Below, in pieces: positions 1-12,982 of a stretch of 64,000 nt of DNA (positions are counted from its first letter, which is position 1; each line of letters starts with the position of its first letter). The notes below the pieces were generated by a model. That model saw nothing but the letters and a program-made list of their open reading frames with translations. It ran no database searches and was not told the origin of the DNA. A program made the position numbers and the translations under genes. The stretch is from Utricularia gibba (lineage: Eukaryota > Plantae > Magnoliophyta), in contig NEEC01000017.1 in assembly GCA_002189035.1 (NCBI GenBank), forward strand, positions 1,116,001 through 1,180,000, read 5' to 3'.

Positions 1-361
1 ACAAAGTCAAGATCCAGGTTCATTTCCAAAAACAATCTATATGATATGAATGCATGTTCGTGCATGCTTAAGGATGTGTGTAGTTTGATGTCTTCCTACC
101 TTTGTAGGAAAAAGGAAGCCAGATGGTGGAGAAGGTAACCAATACTGGGCAATCTGCTTAAGAATCAGTGCAACAGGTAAGCCTCCTAAGTCAGCTCATA
201 AACCAACATGAGCACCATGATCACTACAAAAAATCTTGAATGATTTCCCCACTGGGACGTCATCTTTTTTAGTTTTAAATATTGTGGTGTTCTTAAGGGC
301 TGCGGACCAGGTGTAGGCTAAGGCGCATGGCGCTGTGGATTCAATTGGGATTAACAAATGA
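1..361 (+). pseudogene. Pseudogenised small LEA / ABA-inducible (KIN2-like) gene; exon 1 cut by the window start
   Basis: Same 3-exon layout as the intact copy at 14106-14459: exon 1 ends at 17, exon 2 is 108-176, exon 3 is 299-361. In-frame stops TAA (159-161, for AAA) and TAG (314-316, for CAG). The last acceptor reads AAGG instead of AAAG. Confidence 0.85.
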
Positions 362-1815
362 GGAGCTCTTCACCCACGCTGTAGTTGTTTCTTCGGAGAC
401 TTGATTCTTATCAAATGAATTCCAATGTTCCTTGGTTGTTTCCACATCTGTACTTGGATGATCACTCTTGAACAAAATCTTGGGACTTATGGCATAAAGG
501 CAAAAGCTAAGTTTGTAGATTCTTGTGGGGCTAAAATGGAATTGAGGTTTATTTATTGTGGTGAAAATGAATTTATGTAAAGTTGTGGAACCAATCGCGA
601 TCTTTAAACAAAGATAGAAAGAAAAAGATTCAACCCCCTCAGATTGTCGTGATAATAGAAGACTGGACTTTGGAAGACCTTTTGGATCTTATTGTGCATT
701 GCTTAGACTTCAACGTCAAAAATGAATTAAGGAATACAAATTTGATAGGTTTTATTTATGTTGACTGAAAATGAATAAGAAAAATATTACAAATTGGGTA
801 ATCCAATTTTTTTAAAGATATTTCTAATTACTCTTTTGATCAACTATCATTGGTATTCAAGTGATTTATTATAAAAGTAGATACTCTTTTACGAAGCATG
901 AACAATCAAATAAAATACAATCGAATGCATAAAATTAGAAACATCCCTAATCTTACGTAAGACGAGGATGATCATCCAAAACCAAGTATTTACTGAATAA
1001 ACTTTCTTCATCAATATATTAATTAAATAATCCAACAACTTAACAGTTGAATGATTATTTTCAAATCGATTCCGCATTGAAAAATCTTGTATTTCATGTT
1101 TTATTCAATGTTCATTTCCCCACATAGAATCGAACACAAAGGTCAACGACATCGATGCGAATCAAAATGGGTCGGATCAAGTCATACCCGAAAACCCAAG
1201 AAAAACCACAGAAAACAAAATGAATAAATTAAAAATGGAAGTCACACCTCAAATGTCGACAACGCACCGCAGATGAGATGGGATGAAGGGGTCCCGCAGC
1301 TCGAACCCATTGAGTTCATCTCGTACGAGGTTGTTGCCTTGTCATGTCACAGCCACAGGTTGGGTGATGGGCATTTATCTTGTAAGAACAAAGTGTTGGG
1401 GAATAATAGGGTATGCTAATTTGGCTCTGCCTCTCTCTTTTCAATATTCCCCATATTTTTCACGTGCGCTTTTGCAGAAGTTGGTTGCCATGTGAATTGG
1501 ATTCAACCAAGTTTTAATTACAAAGTGAAGTAGGATGCCCTAAACTTCTCCCCACATGTGTGCATTACAAGGAGAGCTGTGATTGAGTACAGTAGGGTGT
1601 ACACTGGTTGCGATGCCCCACCCACTGCATTAAATGTCCCCCCACGCAGACTCCAAAGTCCAAAGCAAGCTCCCTCTGATGGCATCATCATCATCAGTAT
1701 CACTGTGGAGTGCTCTAAAAGTAGAGCTTTCCCTTCTTTTTTAGGGTTTTCAGGAGGGGTTGCAGTTTTAGCCAAGGAGGAGGCTAAATCTGTGCACGAC
1801 AGCAAGTCATCCAAC

Positions 1816-3679
1816 ATGGGAAGGGGAAAAATTGAGCTGAAGAGGATAGAAAACAAAATCAAGAGACAAGTCACTTTTGCCAAGAGGAGAAACGGGATTC
1901 TGAAAAAGGCTTACGAGCTCTCTGTTCTCTGTGACGCTGAAGTTGCTCTCATCATCTTCTCCAACCGTGGCAAGCTTTACGAGTTCTCCAGCTCCTCTAA
2001 GTAATCTCTGTCTTAACTTAACCCTTTTTAGTGTTCTTGATTAGTCTCCTTGGTTGCAAAACCGCATGGAATCTCAATTATGATATTCATTCTTTTGTTT
2101 CTGAACCTGTCTGCGTTCTTTCTGCTTGCAATTGTCCAGTGAATGAGCTTATTGTTCTCCGGTCTGAACCTCACTTGCTTTTCTTTTAACCGGCTTAAAA
2201 TGCATCATGCGTGTACCTTTCTTCGGTAAGAGAGAAGATTCCTCCAAGGCATCCCAGTTCTCCGAATGCAAGAGAAACGAAAAAAATAGGGTTTTTTCAT
2301 CACTATTTGATTCCTGAGTCCTTTGATTACTATACATGAAGGATCTGGGAAGTCTTTTCTTAATTTATTTTTTCTAAGAAGAGATCTTGAAACCAAGTTT
2401 TCTTCATTTTTCATATGTTGGTACCACTGGTCTGCTTCACTGACATGTACCTGATTTGTTGTCAGACTTAGCCTTGCCAGTTAAATTCATTTGTCTCTAG
2501 TGTTACTATAGTCATGATCCTTGTGACGTGTTGTTTGTCTAGCAAATTTCTCAAAAGTCGGTAATCGTGTTTTTTTTTTTTTGTGTGTGGAATGTGAACT
2601 TTTTTGTTGATCTTTATTTGTGTGTGCAGTATGATGGAGACCATTGAGAAGTATCAGAAATGCTGCTTTGGTTCCATGGAAGCTACTGCTACAGACCGGG
2701 AGAAGGAGGTAAGGCGAATAACTCCATATGGATACGATTCCCTTCGTAGCATTGCCCCAATTCATGTGGCAAGTTCCTTAAATTGAGCGTGCAGCAAACC
2801 AGCTACATGGAATATCTGCAACTGAAATCCAGATACCAAGAGCTCCAGCAACTTCAAAGGTAGCTTCATTCAATAAGATCAGATGAAATCGATTTGAATC
2901 GTGATCCATAACATCTATGCAGCAAATCTGAACTCCCTTTGCAGACAACTTTTGGGAGAGGACTTGAAATCACTAAACCTCAGAGATCTTGAAGCCATTG
3001 AGAAACAATTGCAGTCGTCTTTGAAGGCCATTGGATCCAAGGGAGTAGGATCTTCATTCCCCTTGTTTAGCAGTGCTTTCTTCACTTTTTTGTGATACAA
3101 AGAAATAATGTTTCACTCGTGCAGACACAGCGCATGCTTGACCAGCTCCATGATCTCCAAGCAAAGGTAATGTACATGAACTTACTTTCATTAGCTTATT
3201 ATTTGCGCATTTTATAGTGATCGACTATAGTTTCCAAGCATCATTTAGTCTCAGCGTTTGATCTTGCAGGAGAGAATGATGATGGATGCTAACAAAGCTC
3301 TTGAAAAGAAGGTATGTGTTGCTGTAGCTGGTGAAGTACACAGTGCATCAAGTCTCATGCAGAACTCAATCCTTTTTGTTTTTTATCAGCTGGAAGAAAT
3401 CTGTGCAGCTAATGAGGTGCATCAGACTTGGGTTGTAGGGCAACAAAGCAGTCAGATTCCTCAATCCCAAGGCTTCTTCCAGCCTCTTGACTGCAATTCA
3501 AATCTTCAAACAGGGTACTGCAGAAACATGGCGCTCTTTCTGATCATCATCTCTATGAATGTTTTTAACTCTTTGTAGGCGTAAACAGATACCACAAACC
3601 AGGGAGCTCCGGCAAGACGACTATGGCCACATCGTATAGCCGCAACGTTAGTGGATCAGTTCCTGTCTGGATGCTTTGA
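1816..3679 (+). CDS. SEP1: SEPALLATA1/2-like MIKC MADS-box transcription factor, 8 exons, 242 aa
   Basis: Exons 1816-2000, 2630-2708, 2795-2859, 2945-3044, 3125-3166, 3270-3311, 3390-3514, 3589-3679 (185/79/65/100/42/42/125/91 nt, a typical SEP pattern). MADS domain, K-box LLGEDL, SEP-I-like [16 protein letters not shown] and SEP-II-like VPVWML*. Confidence 0.93.
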
Positions 3680-4154
3680 AAGAAAGGCTGAAGGCGCCTC
3701 TAAAGAAGCACATAGATACTCAGAAATAGTTTCATCAATAAATATGGTGCTCAGGGCTCATTCTCAAGCCTACCAAACTTGGAGTTTCTTTCGAACTGTT
3801 AATACCTTTGTGACATGAACTTGCTTATGTTACTGCTACTCAGTGGCAAGAATATTGGACTATCAAAAGGGGCAGATACCTACTTTAGGTGTCCAATCAC
3901 GACAGGCAAAGAATGTCTGTCTGGAGGGGCTTTTTTTTATTAAAAAAGTGTCAACAGCTTGAAACAGAACCACATAACATTGAGGCACACAAGGAGGTTA
4001 CAGAGTTCATTCCAGAAAACGTCACCCAAATTTAATGCTGAATTACATCATCAGCAGATAAATAGTTAAAAGCACTTATCTTCAGCAAGTTGTATTTACG
4101 ATGGCCCTACTTCTACAACACCCCCCTGGTTTCGGATTTGCTGGTACTGAGCTT

Positions 4155-5497
4155 TCAACAGCTTGTTTCGTCGAAAGCCATAACCTGGGAAGCGAGAATA
4201 GAGGGTCAAGACTCTACTATCGAACGTGTTTACTCAAAACAGATAGAGACTACCAAATTTACCTTCCCACACACAGGGCATCTATCACTTCTTTCCATCC
4301 ATTCATATATACAGCCAAGATGGAAATGGTGAGCACAGTTAGTGATAATTTTTGGGTTCTCCGAGGTATATTCTGAAGGAAAACAAAGGAACATATGGAT
4401 CAAATGGATCTACTTATATGCAGCAGCAGCGATGCAAAGGTAATAAACTGGCATGCAGGTAATGTGGCATGAGAAGGTTATATTGAAATATGACTGATGC
4501 ATCCAAAAAAGAGAATGTGAGAACGAAAATATTGCTGGAAATATACCATCGAGACATGTGGGGCAGACATCTTCATCTTCCGAAGATGTGTGGATATGGG
4601 TGTACCCGGAAGTTGACTTTACAGTGGAGAACTTATGAGATGATTTCAAATTATAATCTCTGGAGTCTTCTTCACAGTTAAACTGACTCCATTTGCTTTT
4701 GATGTTCAGTGATTCAGACGTATCATCAGTTTCACTACTTCTAAATGGTTCAGTCTCCTCATGCAAATGGCTAGAGCCTTTCTCTCTTCGAGAAACCAGT
4801 CCATCACGCTGCAATCGGAAATATCTTGGATCTGCGTCATAAGGAAGAGGCCTTGGAGGAGGATGAAACATATCAACAAAAGAGCTATCCATTGACCCCA
4901 TTGGATTCAGAGATGTTGCTCCTGGAGATGACAAAGCCAACACATGCTGCTCCCCTCTGTGAAACAGAGAGGCGTACTGCAGAATATAAAATTAGAATGA
5001 TTCATCTCATAGGTGATGGGATGAATGCAATAAAAGCATCTTTAGATAAAGCATTTTGAAGAACTACACACACTTAATCCCCATCAGCAAGGCCATGCAT
5101 AGACGTGCACTTTAGATAAAATTTTATGCACTTTCAACCATAATGCCAATGTTTGTTCACAATTAGGAAGAACTCAGCATCCACAAAAGCTTGACATAGC
5201 GGAAACGTACAATAGTGAATCAAGTGTCTCATAGAATACTACGCAAAACAAAAACAAAAAAAAAAGTAAATCATCCAAAGCATGAAAGAAACCAGGCTGA
5301 TAACAGATGTCTACACTGAGATATCATGCGAAGTACCATGTATCCGCTAAAAAATGAACCTGCAAACAGTATCTACTTACCACCTGAATGAAATACTGAA
5401 GGCAGCAACGAAGACACATACAGTTTCTGTAAAATGCACTGTTTGGGTTAATGAAATCCTCGAAATCATCCCTCAGGCAGCAACAAGCAGCACCCAT
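4155..5497 (-). CDS. RING-H2 E3 ubiquitin ligase with N-terminal MG-x-x-CCC lipidation motif, 4 coding exons, 228 aa
   Basis: Exons 5497-5381, 4976-4547, 4372-4263, 4184-4155 with consistent phases. N-terminus MGAACCCL. RING-H2 CPTCLD...CAHHFHLGCIYEWMERSDRCPVC. Confidence 0.92.
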
Positions 5498-7986
5498 TGT
5501 TATAAAAGAATCTTATTCTCAATAGTATAGGCCCCCACAATATCTTTATGGGATTTCGCTTGATCACATGAAGAAAAAGATGATCAAATTCCAAGACTTT
5601 TCATAAAACTAAAATCTCAATGAGAGAGGACAGAAGCCCGCATCTTTTGCGAACCAACACCCTCTCCCACAGGAAACCATACTAAATACCCTGTCCTTGT
5701 CTGGAAAGACCTACAACAGAATGATCAATCGGATACAAAGTCAATATCTTGCAACAAATATTCCGTACAATGAAATTCATACAGCTACAAGACAGAATTT
5801 TCGGAATAATCAGTGCTTCAAGAAGTCGCCCAATACTCGATCGTCCATCAAAGGAACACCCAAAATTGCCGATACATGAAGGAAGAAAACCCAGCTCAGA
5901 AATCCGAATACATCCGTCTGTCAGATGAAAGGAACCCAGAAACAGGGAAGGGGCAAAACCAAAAAGTTTCTCAAAGGAAACCCACAAAAAATCATAAAAA
6001 CTCGAAACCCAGTTGCGATTACACGATCCCAACCCACTTCAATTCAGCGTTCGCAACAGATTACCACAAAAATATAACGAACAAAAACGAAAATTTGGGC
6101 TCGTCGAGGCCAGAAACAATACCAAGATATATATTATACAATATCCTTGTATTCCATAATCCGATCAGAGGGGTGCGTGAACTTCGCTAGGAAAAAAAAA
6201 AAAAGACCGCCTGTAATCTCGTAACAGAAAAGAGCTGGGAAGAAAGGCGCAGGGTTAAAGCTCCATGCTTCGCCGGTCCGGGTGCTGGGTCAAAATTGTA
6301 ACAGTGGGTGTGATGTTTTCTCAAGACTGGAGTCTGCTGTTGTTTCTATTTTTGGTGAGCATTCACAACTTGTCTACAAAATGGTCACCCACGTGTCATA
6401 CTATAATCGTCCAACGGTCGATGCCAACATCTTTTATCTCAACGAAAAAAATGGTGGTGAGTATAAATAGTTTTTTTTGTGTAATAGTCATCTTAAATTA
6501 TTTTTTTGTAAACAATTTATCTTTAAATTTATGAAAGTGTATATTTAACATTTTATGCTATCAAAATTAATCGATTTTAATTTTAATATCGTTATAATAG
6601 TGTAACGCAATATAACCCATCATTTTGAATTACATGAGATGTTAACGCAATCTAATTATCATCTTTTTAGATCATATAAAACGTAAACACAATATAATTC
6701 TAATAAGAATATCATTTAATTTACCAAACTTTATATATAAATGTGAAAAGTACTAATCAAAATTTTGTTGGATTTGAAATCAAAACCATTTTATGATATT
6801 GTGAACCAATTTATTTTTAAAAAATTTTGAAAATTATTTAAGTCTTCATTACATGATTTTAAAACTTGAAAATTAAACTTTTTATATTGATTGAAACTTG
6901 ATTTGTTATTCTTATAATTTTCTCAAAAAAACCCTAATTGATGTGGAATGATCAAATTTGTGCACATACTAATCAAAATAATCATTCAAAATTCATATCC
7001 CAATTATGAGGATGATTCAACTTCTCATTAATAGCTAGGGATTAGGAAGGGAATAATGGAGCTAAAAGAAGACTGGTTTTTTAGACAAGTGTTGGGGAAG
7101 TGGGCACCAGATGGAGAGGAGGAAGATAGCAAGGCCCATTCATGATTGTGGGGATGACATTGTTCATGAAAGACATTATCCTAAAAGGACTTGCAAAAAG
7201 GGAAATGTTTATTTATTTTATGGATGTTTTCTGTAATCATAAATCATCATAATATTATTTTTTTTCCTCAGAAATAGCCATTGCAATAAGATAGAATGGC
7301 CATTACTATAAGGAAAAATCCATATTTTAGAATTACACATGAAACCTAAATATATAAAAATGTAAATTATATTAAAAAATATTATATTTAATCAATTATT
7401 AATAATCTGTAATTATATATATATATATATTTATTTATTTATTTATATATATTTGATTATTTTATTTTAAAACTCCAATTAGAACAAACATATTTTAAAA
7501 TGTTTGTTTTAATACTCATTCTCAAATTAAACTAGTAATTGTTCTAGTCAATTTTTTTTTTGTAATTGTAGGTCATGTTTAAATCATAAATCGATTTAAT
7601 TTTTATTACCTAAATCTAATACATCTCCTTATATTTTTGTTCTAATATTTTCTACTAAAGAGATTTTAATCTAATGTGAGTAGCATCCTAGTTTTCATGT
7701 TTTTCAAATCATCATTCCATGTGTGTTTCCATTTCTCATTAAGAACTTAACAATATGCTAAAAACGATTGGAAATTTAATTGTTTATAAAATGAAAATTT
7801 TTCAAGCCACAATAAGTTTAAATAAAAATTCTTTCAATTTTAAATTTATTAATCGAACACAGTATAATTTACAGTCTATTATTCTATAGCTATTTAATTT
7901 CATTTTTGTATTTCAAAAAAGTAGAATCTGGGCCGAAAAACATGAACTTACGACACAACAATGGCAGAGAATGGGTGGGTATCTTC

Positions 7987-8292
7987 TAGGGGTGGGGTTT
8001 TTTTTTTTAAAAAAAAAACCCATTTAGTTAAATGTAAGTAAATTTGGGTTTTTTTAAATTTTTTTTAAAAATACATATTTTTATAATAAAAAATAATTTA
8101 ATGTTATTAAATATTAATATGATTTAACGTATAATCATTATTTTATTACATCATTTATTTTAATATTATATATTAATAGGATTCTAATACAAAATTTTAC
8201 AATAAAAAAACCCAATTAATTTTATGTTTTTTAAAAAAAAACCCAAAACCCATTTTCGATTTTTAAAAAAATTGGGTTTTTTTCCACCCCTA
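7987..8292. mobile_element. hAT-type MITE, 306 bp
   Basis: Terminal inverted repeat TAGGGGTGG...CCACCCCTA, perfect 8-bp target-site duplication GTATCTTC at 7979-7986 and 8293-8300, AT-rich non-coding interior. Confidence 0.85.
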
Positions 8293-9251
8293 GTATCTTC
8301 AGCCATTTAAAAAAATAATCAATCATACTCTCTTTCATATATTAAATTAAAAAAATTATATTATGAATAATTATTTTTCTCACATAATAGTTCACTCATG
8401 ATCAGATTTCTAATTCCTCCTGATATATTTGCTCAAACATCCAACATCCCATGCATTTAGGAATCCGATTATAATGTAATATATATTTGATAAAATTGAT
8501 GATCAATCTTTATTATTAATTATTATGTATAAGAGATACAACAAGATGGAGGCCTTGATCAATTATTAGAGCAAACAATCTTATATTTAGAAATTACGAA
8601 TTATTATTATTTAGGTAAGTTTAATATTTTCAAATATACATCGGTCAATGAGGGTCTTTGCTAATCCTACGTGGTCAAATCTTAGTCCTCTGATCGGCAT
8701 TGATTGTTATTCGTTGTCCACTTCCAGTTGTCAGCTGTCAGATGAGATGCCCTAGCGACAGAGCCCAACCCAAAAATTCATGAATGATTATTATTATTAT
8801 TTTATTGCTTAGAATATAATATAAAAAAAACGTTTAGATTTTTGGATTTTAATTATCAAGTATTTCAAAATTTGAAAAAGAATTTCGGATCCATCCGTTT
8901 GTCCGTTACTGGGCGGCGCAGGTTAGCAAAAGGAATCTTACTTATATAGGCCATGACCTAAAACGTGGAGGGAGGAGGAAGACTGCAGTTAATTGTCTGG
9001 GACAGACGCCCCTAGGAGGCCACGTGTCCGGTCACCAGATGCGCATCTCCTTGCCTGCTCCACCGCCATCACTATTACATCTACTGTGAGTTGCGAGCCT
9101 TGTGTGAATGAGATGCCAAGGGCTGTCGCCCACGTGCCGCCACCGCAAACTCCTCATTTTCTTCCCTTTTTCCTCCAATCGAAATCCACCCAGAATTTTG
9201 CCGAACCCCTTTGTCCGTAACCGTAGGGAATATTGTGCGATTTTCCGGCGA

Positions 9252-10971
9252 ATGGGGGCCGTGACCTCTGCTCTGGCGGCGAAGTTCGCGTTTTTTCCTC
9301 CGAATCCGCCCTCGTATGGATTGGTTTTGGATGAGGGGACGGGGAGGTTGAAGATGACGGAGGTGTCGGAGAAGGAAAACGTCGACGTTTTGAAAGTTAA
9401 GACGAACAGAGGAACGGAGATCGCCGCCTTGTTCGTCAGAAGCCCGACTGCGAAGCTTACATTGCTTTACTCTCATGGGAACGCTGCTGATTTGGGACAA
9501 ATGTATGATCTTTTCACTGAACTCAGCATCCACCTCCGCGTTAATTTAATGGGGTACTCCAAAATTCTCAAATCTCATCCTCTTGTGAATCAGTTATCGA
9601 AATCTCTGTAGTTTCAAGCAATCCATGGGTAACATATGGTTCTGATTCATTGTTGGTGGATAAAAGAGCCTCCTCTTCTTTGATTTTTGTGATTTTGTAT
9701 AGGATTGTGAGCGTTTCTTTGCAAGATATAGTCACAGAAAATCATAGTCTGGACAAGCTCAATGTTATCCCACTTATGCTCTCATGGCTCAATCCTGTTT
9801 CAGTTATTCTTTTACTTGTCTGATGTTTCTGTCAATGATAAGAATCCCATGTTATGTGCTTTCTAGATATGATTACTCGGGGTATGGACAGTCTACTGGG
9901 AAGGTATGAGAAGTCGAATGTCGCTCGAAATGTAGCAACTGCGCTCTCTGTGGCCATGCTTACATTCTTTCTCTTGCTTTTTGTTGGTATTTGATATTCC
10001 CTAGCCTTCAGAGATGAACACTTACGCTGATATCCAAGCTGCTTATGAGTGTCTTAAAGAGACATATGGTGTTAAGGAAGAGGACCTGATATTATACGGG
10101 CAGTCTGTCGGAAGTGGACCTACCTTGGACTTGGCATCCCGACTGCCAAGATTACGAGCTGTTGTTCTCCACAGCCCCATCTTATCTGGACTCAGAGTTA
10201 TGTACCCTGTCAAGCACACATACTGGTTTGACATTTACAAGGTAATCCTGCTGCCTGAGGCTTCTTAGTTATTCGTTCTCTGTAGTCAGCTTGACAGTTA
10301 GCTGTTCGATGCAGAATATCGACAAGATCCCTCTGGTCCAAGCGCCAGTTTTGGTTATCCATGTATGTATGCTTTTTTTTTTTTTTTAATCAGCTGTTCG
10401 TCTTCTTTTTCCATGCCTGATTCATTTCCTTGACAGGGCACTGATGATGATGTAGTCAACTGGTCTCATGGGAAGCAGCTGTGGCAGCTGTGTAGGCAAA
10501 AGTATGAACCCCTGTGGATCAAGGGTGGAAATCATTGCAACCTTGAGCTTTATCCAGATTATATAAAGCATTTGAAGAAGTTCATATGTGCTGTCGAGAA
10601 GTTGGGGCCTTATCGAGCATCAGACAACAGGGGCACGGATGGCCGGCCCAGAAACAGCACAGATCGAAGGTCAAGGTCAAGTACAGATCAAAGGGAAATG
10701 CCTAGAATGAGCAGAGACAGCACTGACAGGAGGGACAGATCTAGAAAAAGCGTGGATTACTCAGACAAGCTGAGTAATGTTGCAGAACAGCCGGAGAGAT
10801 CAAGGAACAGCATCGACCGGTTAGTAATGTTTCTTGTCATCTTATCACATCATTCATCATCCCAGAAAACAAGACAGTAGAGTGCTGGAACTACTCAATC
10901 ATTGCAGGTTTGGAGGGATCATGAGGTCTGCCGTTTTGTGCAACATCAACTGCTTCAAGCCGGTGTCTTGA
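9252..10971 (+). CDS. ABHD17/ABAPT-like alpha/beta hydrolase (putative protein de-S-acylase), 6 exons, 356 aa
   Basis: Exons 9252-9553, 9867-9903, 10005-10241, 10315-10362, 10437-10819, 10908-10971. Family motifs [27 protein letters not shown], nucleophile GQSVG, HGTDDDVV and GGNHCNLE. Confidence 0.93.
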
Positions 10972-12982
10972 TCTTTTCTTGCAGAACAGCCATAGAAGGC
11001 AAGGAGCAGCGCTTCTTGTCATCTTATTACATCCCACAAGAGGAAAACCTTAGAGCGCTGGATCTAAAGCATTGCAGGTTTGATCTCTTTGTAGTATGTC
11101 GGGCTCGTGCTGTTTCGGTGGTCCAAGGTTTTCAGACCATCATATGTTCAATTTTCCTCCTCTCTTGATCTTGTTTGTTTTCGATATTCAGGCGATGAAT
11201 GTAATCTTACAAAAGAAAGTGCTGTTTTTTTTTACCACAACTGAAGTGAAAGTGTGTTATTACCCCCACCTATGATTCAAAATCAGCTTTTCAAATGAAC
11301 AATGTTTCTCTTTTTCTTTCATCCTTTTGCAGCATAATCATCTTATAATAGCGTAATCATAATTATGCTGTCATTAATCACCTTTAGTGCACTAAAATGG
11401 CAAGACACCAAGTAAAGCTTATTAACACTATACACGAATGACTTGGTCTCAAAGGATGGTGGGTTTGTTATCAGCCAATCAGACTGTGACATCTAGTAGT
11501 TCCCTTGGGTGTCCAGCACAGAGAGATTCCATCGCCTAATTGATCACACTTAGTGGAGACTTTTTGACTATTAATGTATTGAAAGGGGGTACTTATCATC
11601 CACTTCCACTTTCTGCTTCAAGCCATGGGAAACTTTACGTGTGCAAAACAATATCCTTCAACCAAAACTTAAACCTTAAACATGAACTGTGAAGAGATGT
11701 GTTCAAAAGAATATAAGCAACCGTGATGCATTCACCAAATATTTTCTATCCCTCAGGGTATAAGTGTTATTAAGAGTAGGGAGAAGGTTGAACACAGTAA
11801 AAGCAAAAATATTAGCAGTGGCATACAACCTATGAAAAAGCAAAGGAACTTGAGTGGCATTACAGAAAATGTATGGACAGGAATTTACCTTAGCCAGAAA
11901 ATGTATGTCTTGTTAGTGGAGGAATGCATTTCCCTGCCCCACCACCAGCCAACCTGTAGAAAAATCAGGATGTTGTGTGGTTTATGTTGAAAACAACCTA
12001 CAATTGACTCATAGAGTAGCAGATGAAGACCTCAATTCAGTGATAAACCCAAAAGGCAAACAAGAACTCCATGTCTGATGGAGGCATTATCCGGGATGTG
12101 TTGAGATCTGATAGCCATCCTATGGAACAAGTAACTGATCCCTGTCTAAGGCTACCCAAAAGGACTAGTGCAGGGGTCATATTGTGTCCAAAACATGTGT
12201 TTCTCTGAAAGCACTCCACTCAGGCTCGCAAATAATAACTCGAGCAAGAATGCTGAATGTGATCGAAGTGACGAATGGCTTCAATATTTTTTAGCAAACT
12301 CCTCCAATCATACGAGCTTCATCTGCCTTTTGTGAAAAATCCATTTACTTTGCCATCGCCATCTTATGTTCTCCTAATCATCCATACCACTAAAACACTG
12401 ATCTAAAAGCAAATTCCTTGCAGAAAGCATCTTAACCATGCTTGTCATGCTTTTCATCCCACTTAACCAAAAGCCGTTCTTTGTGGTTTGATAGATGCAT
12501 GATTTGCTCTCTTGTGGTTTCAATAAGTGAATGCCTCGAGCTTATTAAGGATCACATGGCCTGCATCAGCAAGATAGGATAGAAAAAGAAAGCATTAAGG
12601 AATATTATTAGCAAGGTCAAAGACATTGTGTATCACTTGTTATCATACCATTTATATCGTTTCCTGAATTGCCTGGATTTGAACCATATGCACACATCTC
12701 ATTTCATATTGAGATTTAGAACATAAAAATTTATTACTATACATACCATAGTTGCAGTAATTAACACATGAAATGCGAAAATTCACTTGAAATGAGAAGT
12801 GAAAAAAAGAAGGCGTCAGACATAGTGGTGTGTGTTATGGGGGAGCACGCATCACCTTTTTTTGTTGTCTATAAATTCCAACTCTTCCATAAATTCTCCT
12901 CCAATCCTAATTCATGCCCTTCTCAATTCCAATTGAAAATTTTACACTCTGCCTTTGAAGATCAAGCCCATCACTTGAAGCA

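Noticed and set aside
583-1495. Short ORFs between the LEA pseudogene and SEP
   Set aside because: No recognisable motifs or splice pattern; likely chance ORFs or unidentifiable TE debris.
1558-1815. N-terminal extension of the MADS ORF in the ORF track
   Set aside because: It starts at GTG and has no homology; MIKC proteins start at MGRG (1816).
5682-6190. 116-125 aa ORFs on both strands near the RING 5' end
   Set aside because: Low-complexity shadows of the T-rich 5' UTR/intron of the RING gene.
6265-6534. GC-richer block with CACGTG/CCAACGG that resembles a MITE interior
   Set aside because: No TIR pair or TSD could be resolved.
11950-12370. Exon-like composition upstream of the bZIP gene
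   Set aside because: All frames examined contain stops and no family motif was recognised.
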